Of a stretch of 47,976 nt of DNA, positions 16,450 through 26,101 are shown in pieces. This DNA comes from an uncultured Elusimicrobiaceae bacterium (GTDB lineage Bacteria; Elusimicrobiota; Elusimicrobia; Elusimicrobiales; UBA9959), in assembly GCA_964587805.1 (NCBI GenBank), contig CAZPMW010000006.1, positions 1 through 47,976 of the forward strand, given 5' to 3'. Position numbers and translations under genes: made by a program. The notes below the pieces were generated by a model that saw only the letters and a program-made list of their open reading frames with translations, was not told where the DNA came from and did no database searches. The number at the start of each line of letters is the position of its first letter. The stretch's first letter is position 1.

Positions 16450-17517
16450 TCAGCTTTTGACTATCTCGCCGTCCACGCCGAAAATATAAGAGATTAGCGC
16501 GGCCCTGGCCCACATCCCGTTGCGCTCCTGCCGCCAGAAGACGGCCCGGGGGTCTTCATCCACGGAAACCTCGATCTCGTCGCGCCGCGGCAGCGGGTGC
16601 ATTATTACGCAGCTTTTCTTGATAAGCTTCAGATGTTCGGCTTTGAAATGGAACGGCGAATAATCCACCGCCTTTGATTCTCCGGCTTTGTCGTGTTCGT
16701 CCTGTATGCGCGTCATGTATATGGCGTCGGCCTCTCCCATGACGGACCTGAAATCCTCGGTTTCCATGAAGGGCATGTTGTGGCGTTTGAGGAAATCCAG
16801 AATATCGGCTTCCATCCGGAATTGTGCGGGTGAGACGAAACACAGCGAAATATTCTTATAGTTCCGCATCAGGTACGTGAGCGATCGCACGGTCCTGCCG
16901 CGCTTCAGGTCCCCGACCATAACGATCCTTTTATTGTCCATGTCGCCGTTAAAACTGCGGTACAGGGTGTACATGTCGAGAAGCGCCTGGGTCGGATGCT
17001 GATCTTTGCCGGACCCGCCGTTTATGATCGGCACCGGCCGGTTCGTGCGGTTCATGAGCCAGGCGGTCTTTTCCACAAAGCCGGGAGTAGGGTGGCGCAT
17101 TATTATCATGTCCACGTAGCTGGAAAAGGTGCGAACAGTGTCCTCCGGGCTTTCCCCTTTAACTTCCGAAGAGGTGGATGTGTCGCGTATCTCTGAGGTT
17201 TTGATGCCGAGAATATGGCAGGCGTTCAGGAATGAGAGGAAGGTCCTGGTGGACGGCTGGACAAAATATAGCATGGCGCGCGCGTGGGAAAGGAGGCTGC
17301 CGGCATAGTTCATGCCCTCCTTTTTCCGGGTGAGCCGGCGCAGGGCGTCGGTGGTTTCAAACAGATGGGTCAAAAGACCGCGGTCCAGCTGCTGGGCGAA
17401 AAGACAGTCGTAGAGCCTTCCGTTTTTGGCGAAAAAAGGCAATTTTTCCGAAATGCCTTTCTTGTAAAATCCATCCCAGTCGGAGCTTACGCTTGTCATT
17501 TCCTGGCTTCTTTCCAT
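16450..17517 (-). CDS. pyrB: Aspartate carbamoyltransferase catalytic chain
   Basis: PSTRT..SF, KGES.EDT, QHPTQALLD, GDLKRGRTVRSL, TRIQ.E and MHPLPR; SD AAGGAG; -10 TATAAT at 17560-17555 on the minus strand. Confidence 0.92.
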   Translation of the reverse strand: MERSQEMTSVSSDWDGFYKKGISEKLPFFAKNGRLYDCLFAQQLDRGLLTHLFETTDALRRLTRKKEGMNYAGSLLSHARAMLYFVQPSTRTFLSFLNACHILGIKTSEIRDTSTSSEVKGESPEDTVRTFSSYVDMIIMRHPTPGFVEKTAWLMNRTNRPVPIINGGSGKDQHPTQALLDMYTLYRSFNGDMDNKRIVMVGDLKRGRTVRSLTYLMRNYKNISLCFVSPAQFRMEADILDFLKRHNMPFMETEDFRSVMGEADAIYMTRIQDEHDKAGESKAVDYSPFHFKAEHLKLIKKSCVIMHPLPRRDEIEVSVDEDPRAVFWRQERNGMWARAALISYIFGVDGEIVKS

Positions 17518-17609
17518 AGCTGTCTCCTTTTTGCCTGGCGGCTTGCGTCTCTCGATTATACGAATTATGCCGGTGAGCCGGTAATCAGTGGCAGGACCTC
17601 TGCCGTTTA

Positions 17610-18380
17610 TTATTGTGTCACCAGTGAGGCCTTTTCCCGGGCGTCCGCGCTGCGCGGGGTCCTGCCCGCCCAGTATCTGGACTGGCCGGCGTCCAGGTGG
17701 ATAAAAGCGGCCTCCTGATAGCGGCCGACTCCCCCGGCGCGCATTTCTATGGCGTACGACGCCACCTGGTCGGGGCTGTAGCCAGGGACCCGGATATCGG
17801 CAGCCCAGCCCAGCATATGCAGGCTGCGGCGGGCCGCTCCCGGCACCAGCCCGTTAAGCCTCGGCGTTCGATAGCCGCTTAAAAGAATAATACCCTGATT
17901 TCCGAACCGGTCCTCTACGGCGTCCAGCAGCTCTACCAGCCTGACCGCGACCGGGGTTTCCCGGCCGGTGAGGCTGCAGCGCATGAGGCGGCCTATTTTG
18001 GCGAGAGCGGCCTGATTGTAAGCGCCGTTCCGGCCGCGGTAGCGGACGGTCAGTCGCTCTCCGGTGTTCTGGCGGGTTAAGGAGAGAATGCCGTTGCCGC
18101 CAAGGTTTACCGGCTTCGGCGGATGGGCCAGCGCGCCGCTTATGAAGATATAGGTCTCGGGATCGCCTTCTTCCAGTTCGACCACTTCGGCCTCGGTAAC
18201 TTCCGGCGGAGCCGGCATATCATTGACCATGGAAGACAGGCGGTCCATCAAGGCAGAGGCGTTTATTTCAGATTGTGCGCGGACGCCGGGGCAGATCAAA
18301 AGAAAGATCAGAACGGAGAGGCATGCGGCGCGCTTCATAGGTGCAGATCCATCGCGGGCGGACGACTTGACGACAGACAT
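17610..18380 (-). CDS. YcbK/DUF882 (MepK-like) peptidase M15A family protein
   Basis: SGYRTP, SLHMLGWAADI and FIHLDAG Zn-ligand motifs; signal peptide. Start 18380 or 18338. Confidence 0.85.
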   Translation of the reverse strand: MSVVKSSARDGSAPMKRAACLSVLIFLLICPGVRAQSEINASALMDRLSSMVNDMPAPPEVTEAEVVELEEGDPETYIFISGALAHPPKPVNLGGNGILSLTRQNTGERLTVRYRGRNGAYNQAALAKIGRLMRCSLTGRETPVAVRLVELLDAVEDRFGNQGIILLSGYRTPRLNGLVPGAARRSLHMLGWAADIRVPGYSPDQVASYAIEMRAGGVGRYQEAAFIHLDAGQSRYWAGRTPRSADAREKASLVTQ

Positions 18381-18545
18381 CTGTTTACCCTCTTTTCCGG
18401 TTCGGCGGAGCACCTTGAAAATAAAATAAACAGTATCCGCTTTTGATATTATAATGTAAGAGACGGCGTTTTAGCAATGTCCCGTGAGGGGAGGAACAAG
18501 AGACGGGAGAGGCCAGTCTGAGGCGTCCGTCTGTTTCAGGATATC

Positions 18546-19442
18546 ATGCATAATCACAATCACGCGCACGGACACGCGGAGAGGCGCAGCATTACAGCGG
18601 CTTTAGTCGTAACGGTTTTTATTGCCGCTGTGGAAGCGGCCGGCGGCCTGCTAACCGGCAGCATGGCGCTTCTCAGCGACGCCCTGCATATGCTCACCGA
18701 CTGCACCGGCCTGGCGATAAGCTATTTAGCCTCGAAACTGTCCGTGATAGCCCCGGACGACCGGCGCAGCTTCGGCTACCGCCGCATTGAAGTGGTGGCG
18801 GCCCTGGTCAACGCCCTGCTCCTATGGCTGGTTTCCGGCTTCATGCTGCGCGAGGTGTATGAGCGTTTTCTGAATCCAGTGAGCGTGCTCTCTAAGCCCA
18901 TGATGATAGTGGCGGTTATAGGCCTGGGCGCCAATATCCTTTCGGCCTGGTTCCTGCTGGCCCACAAAGATAAAAACATCAATATACGCGGTGCTTTCCT
19001 GCACGTGGTGAGCGATATGGCCGGCTCCGTGGGCGTAATAATCGCCGGCGCCGTTATCTATTTTACCGGCTACTATCGGATGGATACTTTGGTGTCCCTG
19101 GCCATCATAGCCCTGATCCTGTACAGCTCCACCCGGCTGATGCTGGAAACTTTCCATATCCTGCTGGAGGGCACCCCCACCGGTATGGACCTTAAGGAGG
19201 TGCGCGCCGCGCTCGCCGGCCTCCCTGGCGTGAGCGGCGTGCACGAACTGCATGTATGGAGCCTCACGGCCGGGTTCAACGCCATCAGCGCGCATCTGGT
19301 GGTGAAAGAGAAGGACCTTTTTGAGCGGGTGCTGAAGGACGCCACTTGCGCCGCCGCCTGCAGGTTCAATATCAGGCACTGCGCGTTTCAGGTTGAAAGC
19401 GAGCCGGTTGAAAACTCTTCCTGCGATATCTGTAAACACTGA
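18546..19442 (+). CDS. Cation diffusion facilitator (CzcD/ZitB-like) metal exporter
   Basis: His-rich N-terminus; SMALLSDALHMLTD, FGYRRIE, AFLHVVSD and HELHVWSL. Confidence 0.93.
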   Translation: MHNHNHAHGHAERRSITAALVVTVFIAAVEAAGGLLTGSMALLSDALHMLTDCTGLAISYLASKLSVIAPDDRRSFGYRRIEVVAALVNALLLWLVSGFMLREVYERFLNPVSVLSKPMMIVAVIGLGANILSAWFLLAHKDKNINIRGAFLHVVSDMAGSVGVIIAGAVIYFTGYYRMDTLVSLAIIALILYSSTRLMLETFHILLEGTPTGMDLKEVRAALAGLPGVSGVHELHVWSLTAGFNAISAHLVVKEKDLFERVLKDATCAAACRFNIRHCAFQVESEPVENSSCDICKH

Positions 19443-19461
19443 AAAGCCCGCGCCGAGAAGC

Positions 19462-20028
19462 TTAGCGCAGGCTCTCCGCGCTGCCTGCGGCACCGGGCTG
19501 CCACTTTTCAAAAAACCGGTCAAGGGAGGCCGCGCGGCCTATCGGAAAATGAAAAAACCGTATTGAAAGCTGTTTTCCTGCCTGCTCTTTTGGTTCCTTG
19601 TCCACATAGGCTTTCCACATCGCCGCCACAAGGCCTGTCCTGTCGGCGCCGGCCCTGCAATGGATTAATATCGGCCGCGGCGCGGAATTAAAAACCTTCA
19701 GTAAGTTTGTTACGCTTTTTTCGCTGGGTTCCGATTTTGCCGACAAAGGGACGGAATAATACGCCAGCTGATGTTCGGCGCTTATTTTTATTTCCTCCAC
19801 GTACCAGGAGGAACCGGCGGAGTCATTGCGAAGGTTGAGGATGCTTTTTATGCGGTGTTTTTTAATGTAATGCTCCAGTTCGTCCCTGTCCAGCTGCGCG
19901 GACCGGTACGCGCTTCCGGGCGTGATGGCGTAGAAGTTACCTTGCTCGGCAAAATAAAGAGAGTACGCCGCGTACAGGACCAGCAGCACCGAAAGAGCTT
20001 TAAGAGATATTTTTAATTTGCGTGACAT
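19462..20028 (-). CDS. Membrane-anchored protein tyrosine/dual-specificity phosphatase family protein
   Basis: CX5R loop HCRAGADRTG; YRSAQL and ILNLR; N-terminal TM. Confidence 0.88.
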   Translation of the reverse strand: MSRKLKISLKALSVLLVLYAAYSLYFAEQGNFYAITPGSAYRSAQLDRDELEHYIKKHRIKSILNLRNDSAGSSWYVEEIKISAEHQLAYYSVPLSAKSEPSEKSVTNLLKVFNSAPRPILIHCRAGADRTGLVAAMWKAYVDKEPKEQAGKQLSIRFFHFPIGRAASLDRFFEKWQPGAAGSAESLR

Positions 20029-20235
20029 AGTTTTATCCCCGCGCCAGCGGAGATCCTTAGAGGCATTCCGGCTCGCGAATGCTCTGGCAACTCATCCCGG
20101 CCGGACGGCGCCGGACGCGCGCTGTCTAAATTATAGCTTTTCCCCGGCCCGGGCCTGCCGGGGATATTTAGCCGCGGGAATAGTCAGCTTCACGTTATTG
20201 CTATAATACCCGCGGTATTCATTAAGGAGGTTTGT

Positions 20236-20586
20236 ATGTCTCAGGATGAGATTGTTCTGAAATCGGGGCTGAAGTATATAGATATTGAGGCAGGCAGCGG
20301 GCCAGCCGCGGTCAGCGGCAAAGCGGTGACGGTCCATTATACCGGGACATTCCCCAATGGTAAGAAATTTGACAGCTCCCTGGACCGCAACGAACCGTTC
20401 ACTTTCAAGCTGGGCGCGGGGCAGGTTATAAAAGGCTGGGATGAAGGCGTCTCCGGCATGCGGATCGGCGGGAAACGCAGGCTCCTTATCCCTTCGGCCC
20501 TGGCTTATGGGAAGCGCGGCGCTGGAAATGTGATCCCGCCAGACGCGGAGCTTTGCTTCGAAGTGGAATTGCTCGGAGTGGAATAA
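20236..20586 (+). CDS. FKBP-type peptidyl-prolyl isomerase
   Basis: [24 protein letters not shown] and IPP.A.L.FEVEL; SD AAGGAGG; TATAAT 20202-20207. Confidence 0.96.
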   Translation: MSQDEIVLKSGLKYIDIEAGSGPAAVSGKAVTVHYTGTFPNGKKFDSSLDRNEPFTFKLGAGQVIKGWDEGVSGMRIGGKRRLLIPSALAYGKRGAGNVIPPDAELCFEVELLGVE

Positions 20587-20609
20587 CGCCGTAAAGGCAG
20601 GCGGCGGGG

Positions 20610-21089
20610 CTATTTACCGAAGGCTATATCGCCAAGCATTTCGCCCAGATACTGCTTATCGGTTTCATCGAAATGGTCCGGCTTCTCGCTGTCCGCGTCA
20701 AAGACGGCGATCACTTTTCCGTTCCTGATGACCGGCACCACGATCTCGGATCTGGATAAACTGTTGCAGGCAATATGTCCCGGGAATTTTGTGACGTCCG
20801 GCACCAGTACCGTTTCCATCCGCTGCCACGCCGCTCCGCAAACCCCGCGGCCCCTGCGGATGCGAGTGCAGGCCACAGGTCCCTGAAACGGGCCCAGCAC
20901 CAGTTCTTCTTCCCTGACCAGATAAAATCCCGCCCACAGCCAGCCGAACTGCTCTTTCAGAGCCGCAGTGATATTGGCCAGATTGGCGATCAGATCGGTT
21001 TCGCCTGCCGTCAGGGCTTTTAGCTGCGGCAATAAAGCGCTGTATTTTTCCGCTTTAGTTCCTGTGTATATCGGTATATCCTCTGTCAT
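20610..21089 (-). CDS. msrC: Free methionine-(R)-sulfoxide reductase (GAF domain, YebR-like)
   Basis: WAGFY, LGPFQGPVAC, GRGVCG, FPGHIAC and SRSEIVVP. Confidence 0.92.
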   Translation of the reverse strand: MTEDIPIYTGTKAEKYSALLPQLKALTAGETDLIANLANITAALKEQFGWLWAGFYLVREEELVLGPFQGPVACTRIRRGRGVCGAAWQRMETVLVPDVTKFPGHIACNSLSRSEIVVPVIRNGKVIAVFDADSEKPDHFDETDKQYLGEMLGDIAFGK

Positions 21090-21249
21090 AATCGCTGGCA
21101 GCTCCGCTCCGGGTGGCCGTTAAGGAATATTATAACGTTAGCAGGCGTATCCGCGCAACCTGCCGGTCCGATCCCCGGGCACTTCGGTATTTTTTCGGGA
21201 TTCGCTCCGGCGTTTGCTGTAGGATATATACAGGCAGGCGGGCGGGATT

Positions 21250-21399
21250 ATGACCACAATAAACGAGACGGCAGCCAAAGAGTTTAAGGTCTGGATGACG
21301 GCCACCATCGGCCTTATAAAGGACGGCAAGATGGGCGCCACCACGGCAAGGGCTGAGCGCATCAAGGCCGCGCTGGCCTACACCCGAAAAGTGAGATGA
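21250..21399 (+). CDS. Putative 49-aa small protein
   Basis: MTTINETAAKEFKVWMTATIGLIKDGKMGATTARAERIKAALAYTRKVR; host-like codons; -10-like TAGGAT at 21220; own downstream terminator. Below the ORF-track cutoff. Confidence 0.55.
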   Translation: MTTINETAAKEFKVWMTATIGLIKDGKMGATTARAERIKAALAYTRKVR

Positions 21400-21421
21400 G
21401 CTACGGATTGTCGGCATGCCG

Positions 21422-21455
21422 AAGGGCCGGCCTGTAACCCGGGCCGGCCTTTTTA
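21422..21455 (+). terminator. Intrinsic terminator
   Basis: AAGGGCCGGCC-loop-GGCCGGCCTT followed by a T-run. Confidence 0.7.
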
Positions 21456-21581
21456 CTGCCAGCCGGGCTCGGGCCCGCTCTCTTTCGGGCCTGATAACTG
21501 TTACAATTGTTCATATTTGAGCCGCAGCCGGTCTGGATAAATTTTTTCGCGCGGCTGATTTTATTTTTTCAGGAGGACGCC

Positions 21582-22121
21582 ATGGAGCAGGTTATTCTGG
21601 ATGTTCGTGAGCAGGATGAATTCGCGGCCGAGCATGTGCCGGGGTCCATCTGGGTGCCGCTCTCGCAATTCAATCACTTTGCCCCCGGGGTCCTGCAGTC
21701 CCTGGTCGGCCGGCAGGTGCTGCTCATGTGCCGGAGCGGCAGCCGCGCGCGGCTTGCGGGTGAGCAGATCGATAAACTCGGTTTCAAAGGACAGATAGAA
21801 ATTTCCGTATTCGAGGGAGGGATACTGGAGTGGGTCAGGCAGGGGCGCCCCGTAGTTACCCGGAAGGCCGCCCATTTGTCCATACTGCGCCAGGTGCAGC
21901 TGATCGCCGGCCTGATAGTCCTGGTCTCCTCACTGCTAAGCGTTTACGCTGACCCGCGGATCGTATGGGCGGCGGCGTTCGTAGGGGCGGGTCTGACCTT
22001 TGCGGGTCTTACCGGATTCTGCGGACTCGCCCAGTTGCTTGCCGCCATGCCCTGGAATAAAACCAGGCCCGATAACGAAGAAGAGCTTTGCCGGGTAAGC
22101 CCTAAGTCCCCCGGTTGCTGA
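21582..22121 (+). CDS. Rhodanese plus DUF2892 membrane sulfurtransferase (YgaP-like)
   Basis: LDVRE.DEF..EHVPGS and CRSGSRA; C-terminal RQVQLIAG...GLTGFCGLA.LL..MPWN; SD AGGAGG. Confidence 0.9.
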   Translation: MEQVILDVREQDEFAAEHVPGSIWVPLSQFNHFAPGVLQSLVGRQVLLMCRSGSRARLAGEQIDKLGFKGQIEISVFEGGILEWVRQGRPVVTRKAAHLSILRQVQLIAGLIVLVSSLLSVYADPRIVWAAAFVGAGLTFAGLTGFCGLAQLLAAMPWNKTRPDNEEELCRVSPKSPGC

Positions 22122-22128
22122 CCAGGTG

Positions 22129-22539
22129 TCAGTCAGTGCCGCGCCGCGCTGTTTTAATATCGGAGCGGCGCTTTTTGCTTTCAAGGCGGCGCCGTCTGGA
22201 TGACCGGGACGGTCTAGTGGGCCTTCTGTATTTCGGGGGGAGAAGCGCGCGTTCAATCAGGTCCAGCAGCCTGGCGCGCGCGGCCTTCCGGTTCTGTTCC
22301 TGCGTGCGGTGTTCGCTGGCGGTTATCAGGATGTCTCCGTCCGCGGTCAGCTTGGACCCGGCCAGCAATTTAAGCCTCTCCTGCGCCGCGCAGGGCAATC
22401 CGGACAGCCAGGGGGAAAAGCGGAGCTGTACGGAGGTGGAGACTTTATTCACATTTTGTCCGCCGTGCCCTCCGGCCCGGATAAATTTCTCCTCAATGGA
22501 ACCTGGCGCCGGGAAAAAACCGCGGATATCATCAGCCAT
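22129..22539 (-). CDS. arfB: Alternative ribosome rescue peptidyl-tRNA hydrolase
   Basis: GGHGGQNVNKV, HRTQEQNR and a basic tail RRPTRPS..RRLESKK..K..R. Start reassigned to 22539. Confidence 0.93.
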   Translation of the reverse strand: MADDIRGFFPAPGSIEEKFIRAGGHGGQNVNKVSTSVQLRFSPWLSGLPCAAQERLKLLAGSKLTADGDILITASEHRTQEQNRKAARARLLDLIERALLPPKYRRPTRPSRSSRRRRLESKKRRSDIKTARRGTD

Positions 22540-22644
22540 ATATCTGTATATTACAAAAATCCGGGAGGCTCCGTGCTTCCTAGGCTCATCCGGTTGATTT
22601 GCCTGGCCGGATATTAATACCATACTTCAACGGATGGAGGAACA

Positions 22645-23832
22645 ATGGACCTTAAACAACTCAACACGGCCGTTTTAAAACACAGGAAGGAGATGATCGC
22701 TTTTGCGCGCGATCTTATACGCATCCCGAGCTTCTCCATGCAGGAAGGAGCCTTGGTGGAGCGCATCAAAAAAGAGATGATTAAGGCCGGCTTTGACAAG
22801 ATCAAGATAGACGCCATGGGCAACATCATAGGCTTCATCGGCAGCGGGAAAAAGAAGATCATGGTGGATGCCCACATCGATACCGTCGGCATAGGCGACA
22901 AGACAGCCTGGAAGATAGATCCGTTCGGGGGCGTGATAAAAAACGACGTCATTTACGGCCGGGGCGCCACAGACCAGAAACTTTCAATGGTTTCCATGGT
23001 ATACGCCGGCAAGCTGATAAAGGAGCTGAAGCTGTCCGGCGATTATACCTATATAGCCGTGGGCTCGGTGATGGAGGAGGATTGTGACGGCTTGCCGCTG
23101 CTGCATATCATTAACAAGGAAAAGATCAGGCCTGATTTCGTAGTGCTGACCGAACCGACCAATCTGGCGGTCTACCGCGGGCACCGCGGGCGCATGGAGA
23201 TAAAGGTGGTAACTAAGGGCCGTTCCTGCCACGCTTCAGCTCCGGAGCGGGGCGATAACGCCGTGGTTAAGATGTCTGAAATAATACAGCAGATCACGGC
23301 GCTTAACAAAAAACTCAAGAATGATAAATTCCTGGGCAAGGGAACCGTAGCCGTCACCTCGGTAGAGTGTAAAACCCCGTCACTGAACGCCGTGCCGGAC
23401 GAATGCACCGTCTATCTCGACAGGCGCCTTACGCTCGGAGAGACGCTCAGGTCTTCCGTGAACGAGATAAAGCGCCTGCCTGCGGTAAAAAAGACCGGCG
23501 CGAAAGTGGAAGTGCTTTACTACGACGCCACGGCCTGGACGGGTCTGAAGGTGGGGCAGGAGAAGTATTTCCCGACCTGGGTGCTTCCGGCAAATCATAA
23601 GCTGGTGCAGGCGGGCGTGAAAGCGGGCAGGATAGCGCTGGGCAAAAACCCGGTGGTGGACAAATGGGTGTTTTCCACCAACGGCGTGGCGACCGCCGGC
23701 AGGCTGAAGATCCCGACCATCGGCTTCGGCCCGTCAAATGAGATTTACGCGCATACCGTAAAAGAGAATATGCCGGTGTCCGACCTGCTGACCGCGGCCG
23801 TCTTCTACGCCGCCATACCCCAATACCTGTAG
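22645..23832 (+). CDS. ygeY: YgeY-family M20 metallo-amidohydrolase
   Basis: DAHIDTVG, GRGATDQ, EEDCDG, YRG.RGRMEI, CHASAPERGDNA, FLGKGT, YFPTW, W.FSTNGV and GFGP..E..AH, as in E. coli YgeY. Confidence 0.9.
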   Translation: MDLKQLNTAVLKHRKEMIAFARDLIRIPSFSMQEGALVERIKKEMIKAGFDKIKIDAMGNIIGFIGSGKKKIMVDAHIDTVGIGDKTAWKIDPFGGVIKNDVIYGRGATDQKLSMVSMVYAGKLIKELKLSGDYTYIAVGSVMEEDCDGLPLLHIINKEKIRPDFVVLTEPTNLAVYRGHRGRMEIKVVTKGRSCHASAPERGDNAVVKMSEIIQQITALNKKLKNDKFLGKGTVAVTSVECKTPSLNAVPDECTVYLDRRLTLGETLRSSVNEIKRLPAVKKTGAKVEVLYYDATAWTGLKVGQEKYFPTWVLPANHKLVQAGVKAGRIALGKNPVVDKWVFSTNGVATAGRLKIPTIGFGPSNEIYAHTVKENMPVSDLLTAAVFYAAIPQYL

Positions 23833-23866
23833 CCCTGAAATTGGAACGCAATAATCCTTTCCGGAA

Positions 23867-26098
23867 ATGCACATGACCACAGCGGGAGTCGCTCCCTCCA
23901 AGTCAGACAAAATAGAATGGTCCGATGCGTGGGGCGGGCTCGCGGCCATGCTGGTCGCTTTGCCCTCCGCAATAGCTTTCGGCGTGGCGATGTACGCCCC
24001 GCTCGGGCCAGGCTTCGCTGGAGCGGGAGCGCTTGCCGGAGTGCTGGGGACCGTGGCTATCGGGCTGATCGCCCCGGCGCTGGGGGGAGCCCCGCGCCTT
24101 ATCTCCGCCCCCTGCGCGCCGGCGGCGGCCGTCATGGCCGCGCTTTGCGCGGAACTGATAAGCGGAGGCGCGCCCGCCGAGCGCGTTATTGTCTCCCTCG
24201 CTTTAGTCGGTCTGTTCTCAGGCCTCCTGCAGACCATCTTCGGCGCGCTCGGCGGAGGGCGGCTGATCAAATACATTCCCTATCCGGTGGTGGCGGGCTA
24301 CATGAGCGGCGTCGGTTTAATGATAATGCTGAAACAGGCCGGCCCGTTCTTCGGGCTTGCGAAGGACGGCGGGACGCTCGCCGGCCTGCTTTCTCCAGCC
24401 TCCTGGCAATGGCCCGCGCTTAGCGTCGCCCTTGTCACCGTTTTGGTCACGCTCTGGGCTCCGCGCCTCACCAAACGGGTGCCGGCGTCCATACTCGGCC
24501 TCGCGGCCGGGATTCTGACGCATTTGGCCGCCGGCCTTTTGCGTCCGCAACTGCTTGCGCCGTTCGCTAATCCGTTCATTATCGGAGAGATCTCCACCAG
24601 CCCTGGCGCTGTTTTTAAAGGGATTGCCGCCAATTTCAGCGCGTTATCCATGCTGGGGCCGCATGATGTGTTTATGCTAGCGGGCCCTGCGCTCACGCTG
24701 GCGGTGCTTCTTTCGATCGATACTCTTAAAACCTGCGTGATCACGGATTCTATCGTCCGCTCGCGTCATAATTCTAACCGTGAGCTCGCTGGCCAGGGCG
24801 CCGGCAATATCGCTTCAGCGATGTTTGGCGGCATGCCGGGAGCGGGCACTTTAGGCGCGACCATGGTAAGCCTGGCGAGCGGCGGGCAAACCCGCGGCGC
24901 CGGCTTCCTGGAGGGCGTGTTCGCCCTGGTCGCGGCCCTCGTTCTTGGCGGCGCGATCGGGCGTATCCCGCTCGCGGCCCTGGCCGGATTATTGGCGGTG
25001 GTGGGCGCGCGGATGATAGACCGCTCCAGTCTGCGGCTTGCGCTGCGGCGGGCCACCATGCTGGATTTTGCAGTGGTAGTCTCGGTCGCCGGAACCGCGC
25101 TCATGGCGGATCTCATCATCGCCGCGGGTGTGGGGATAGCCCTCTCCATGCTCCTGTTCATCCGCGAGCAGATGCACAGCAGCGTGGTTCGGCGCAAAAC
25201 GACCGGGGCTGAGATATCCTCAAAGCAGCAGCGCCTGCCGCGTGAGCGCGAGGCGCTGGCGGCGCGTGGAGGAGAAACGCTTGTGGTAGAGCTGCAGGGC
25301 AGCCTCTTCTTCGGCACAACCGACCAGCTTTTTTCTGAAATAGAGAATGAGATGCGCTCGTGCAGGCGCCTCATCCTGGATATGCGCCGCGTAACGTCGG
25401 TCGATTTCACGGCCGCGCATATGCTGGCGCAGGTGGGCGAGACTCTGGCCGAATGCGGGGGCTCGCTTGCTTTTTCCCATCTGCCTCCGAGTCTGCCCAC
25501 CGGGCAGGACCTGGTCGCTTACCTCAGGCATATGGGGCTGACGCGCCGCGGCGGAGGAGGGCGGGTTTTCGAAACGCTTCACGACGCGCTTGAATGGGCG
25601 GAGGATCGTGTTTTGGACGAGGCGGGCATGGAGCGACCGGAGGCCGGGGAGCTGCTCGATCTTGCCAGGATAGATTTTTTGCGCGAGCTGGACCCCGCCT
25701 CCCTGGCAGGGCTGCGCGCGGCTTTTGTAGAGCGCAGGGCCGCTGCCGGCGCATCTATCTTCCGCCGCAAGGGGGAGGGAGATGAACTGTTCCTCATACG
25801 CCGCGGGTGCGTGCGCGTGGTTCTGCCGCTGAAGGACACGCACAGACATCATCATCTCGCCGTTTTCGGCCCCGGCGATTTCTTCGGGGAAGTCGCTTTC
25901 CTGACCCGCAAAGCGCGTACGGCCGACGCCATAGCTCTGAGCGATGCAGACCTTTATGTCATCACCCGGGCGGCCTTCGATGAGATCTCGCGCGTCACTC
26001 CCGCAGTCAGCGCGGCGTTCTTTCAGCGCCTGGCCACCGTTGAAGCTCTGCGGCTGCGCGATGCGGACAGGGAATTGCGCCGCCTGCAGGACAGCTGA
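23867..26098 (+). CDS. SulP/SLC26 anion permease with STAS and cNMP-binding domains
   Basis: VALPSAIAF, IPYPVVAGY and NRELAGQG.GN; STAS LQGSLFFGT..DMRRV..VD; cNMP cassette FFGEVAFL...RTADA. Confidence 0.92.
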   Translation: MHMTTAGVAPSKSDKIEWSDAWGGLAAMLVALPSAIAFGVAMYAPLGPGFAGAGALAGVLGTVAIGLIAPALGGAPRLISAPCAPAAAVMAALCAELISGGAPAERVIVSLALVGLFSGLLQTIFGALGGGRLIKYIPYPVVAGYMSGVGLMIMLKQAGPFFGLAKDGGTLAGLLSPASWQWPALSVALVTVLVTLWAPRLTKRVPASILGLAAGILTHLAAGLLRPQLLAPFANPFIIGEISTSPGAVFKGIAANFSALSMLGPHDVFMLAGPALTLAVLLSIDTLKTCVITDSIVRSRHNSNRELAGQGAGNIASAMFGGMPGAGTLGATMVSLASGGQTRGAGFLEGVFALVAALVLGGAIGRIPLAALAGLLAVVGARMIDRSSLRLALRRATMLDFAVVVSVAGTALMADLIIAAGVGIALSMLLFIREQMHSSVVRRKTTGAEISSKQQRLPREREALAARGGETLVVELQGSLFFGTTDQLFSEIENEMRSCRRLILDMRRVTSVDFTAAHMLAQVGETLAECGGSLAFSHLPPSLPTGQDLVAYLRHMGLTRRGGGGRVFETLHDALEWAEDRVLDEAGMERPEAGELLDLARIDFLRELDPASLAGLRAAFVERRAAAGASIFRRKGEGDELFLIRRGCVRVVLPLKDTHRHHHLAVFGPGDFFGEVAFLTRKARTADAIALSDADLYVITRAAFDEISRVTPAVSAAFFQRLATVEALRLRDADRELRRLQDS

Positions 26099-26101
26099 AC
26101 G

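Noticed and set aside
21397-21455. Selenocysteine read-through of the sORF TGA
   Set aside because: The downstream hairpin has a U-tract typical of a terminator, and the read-through peptide has no redox-motif context.
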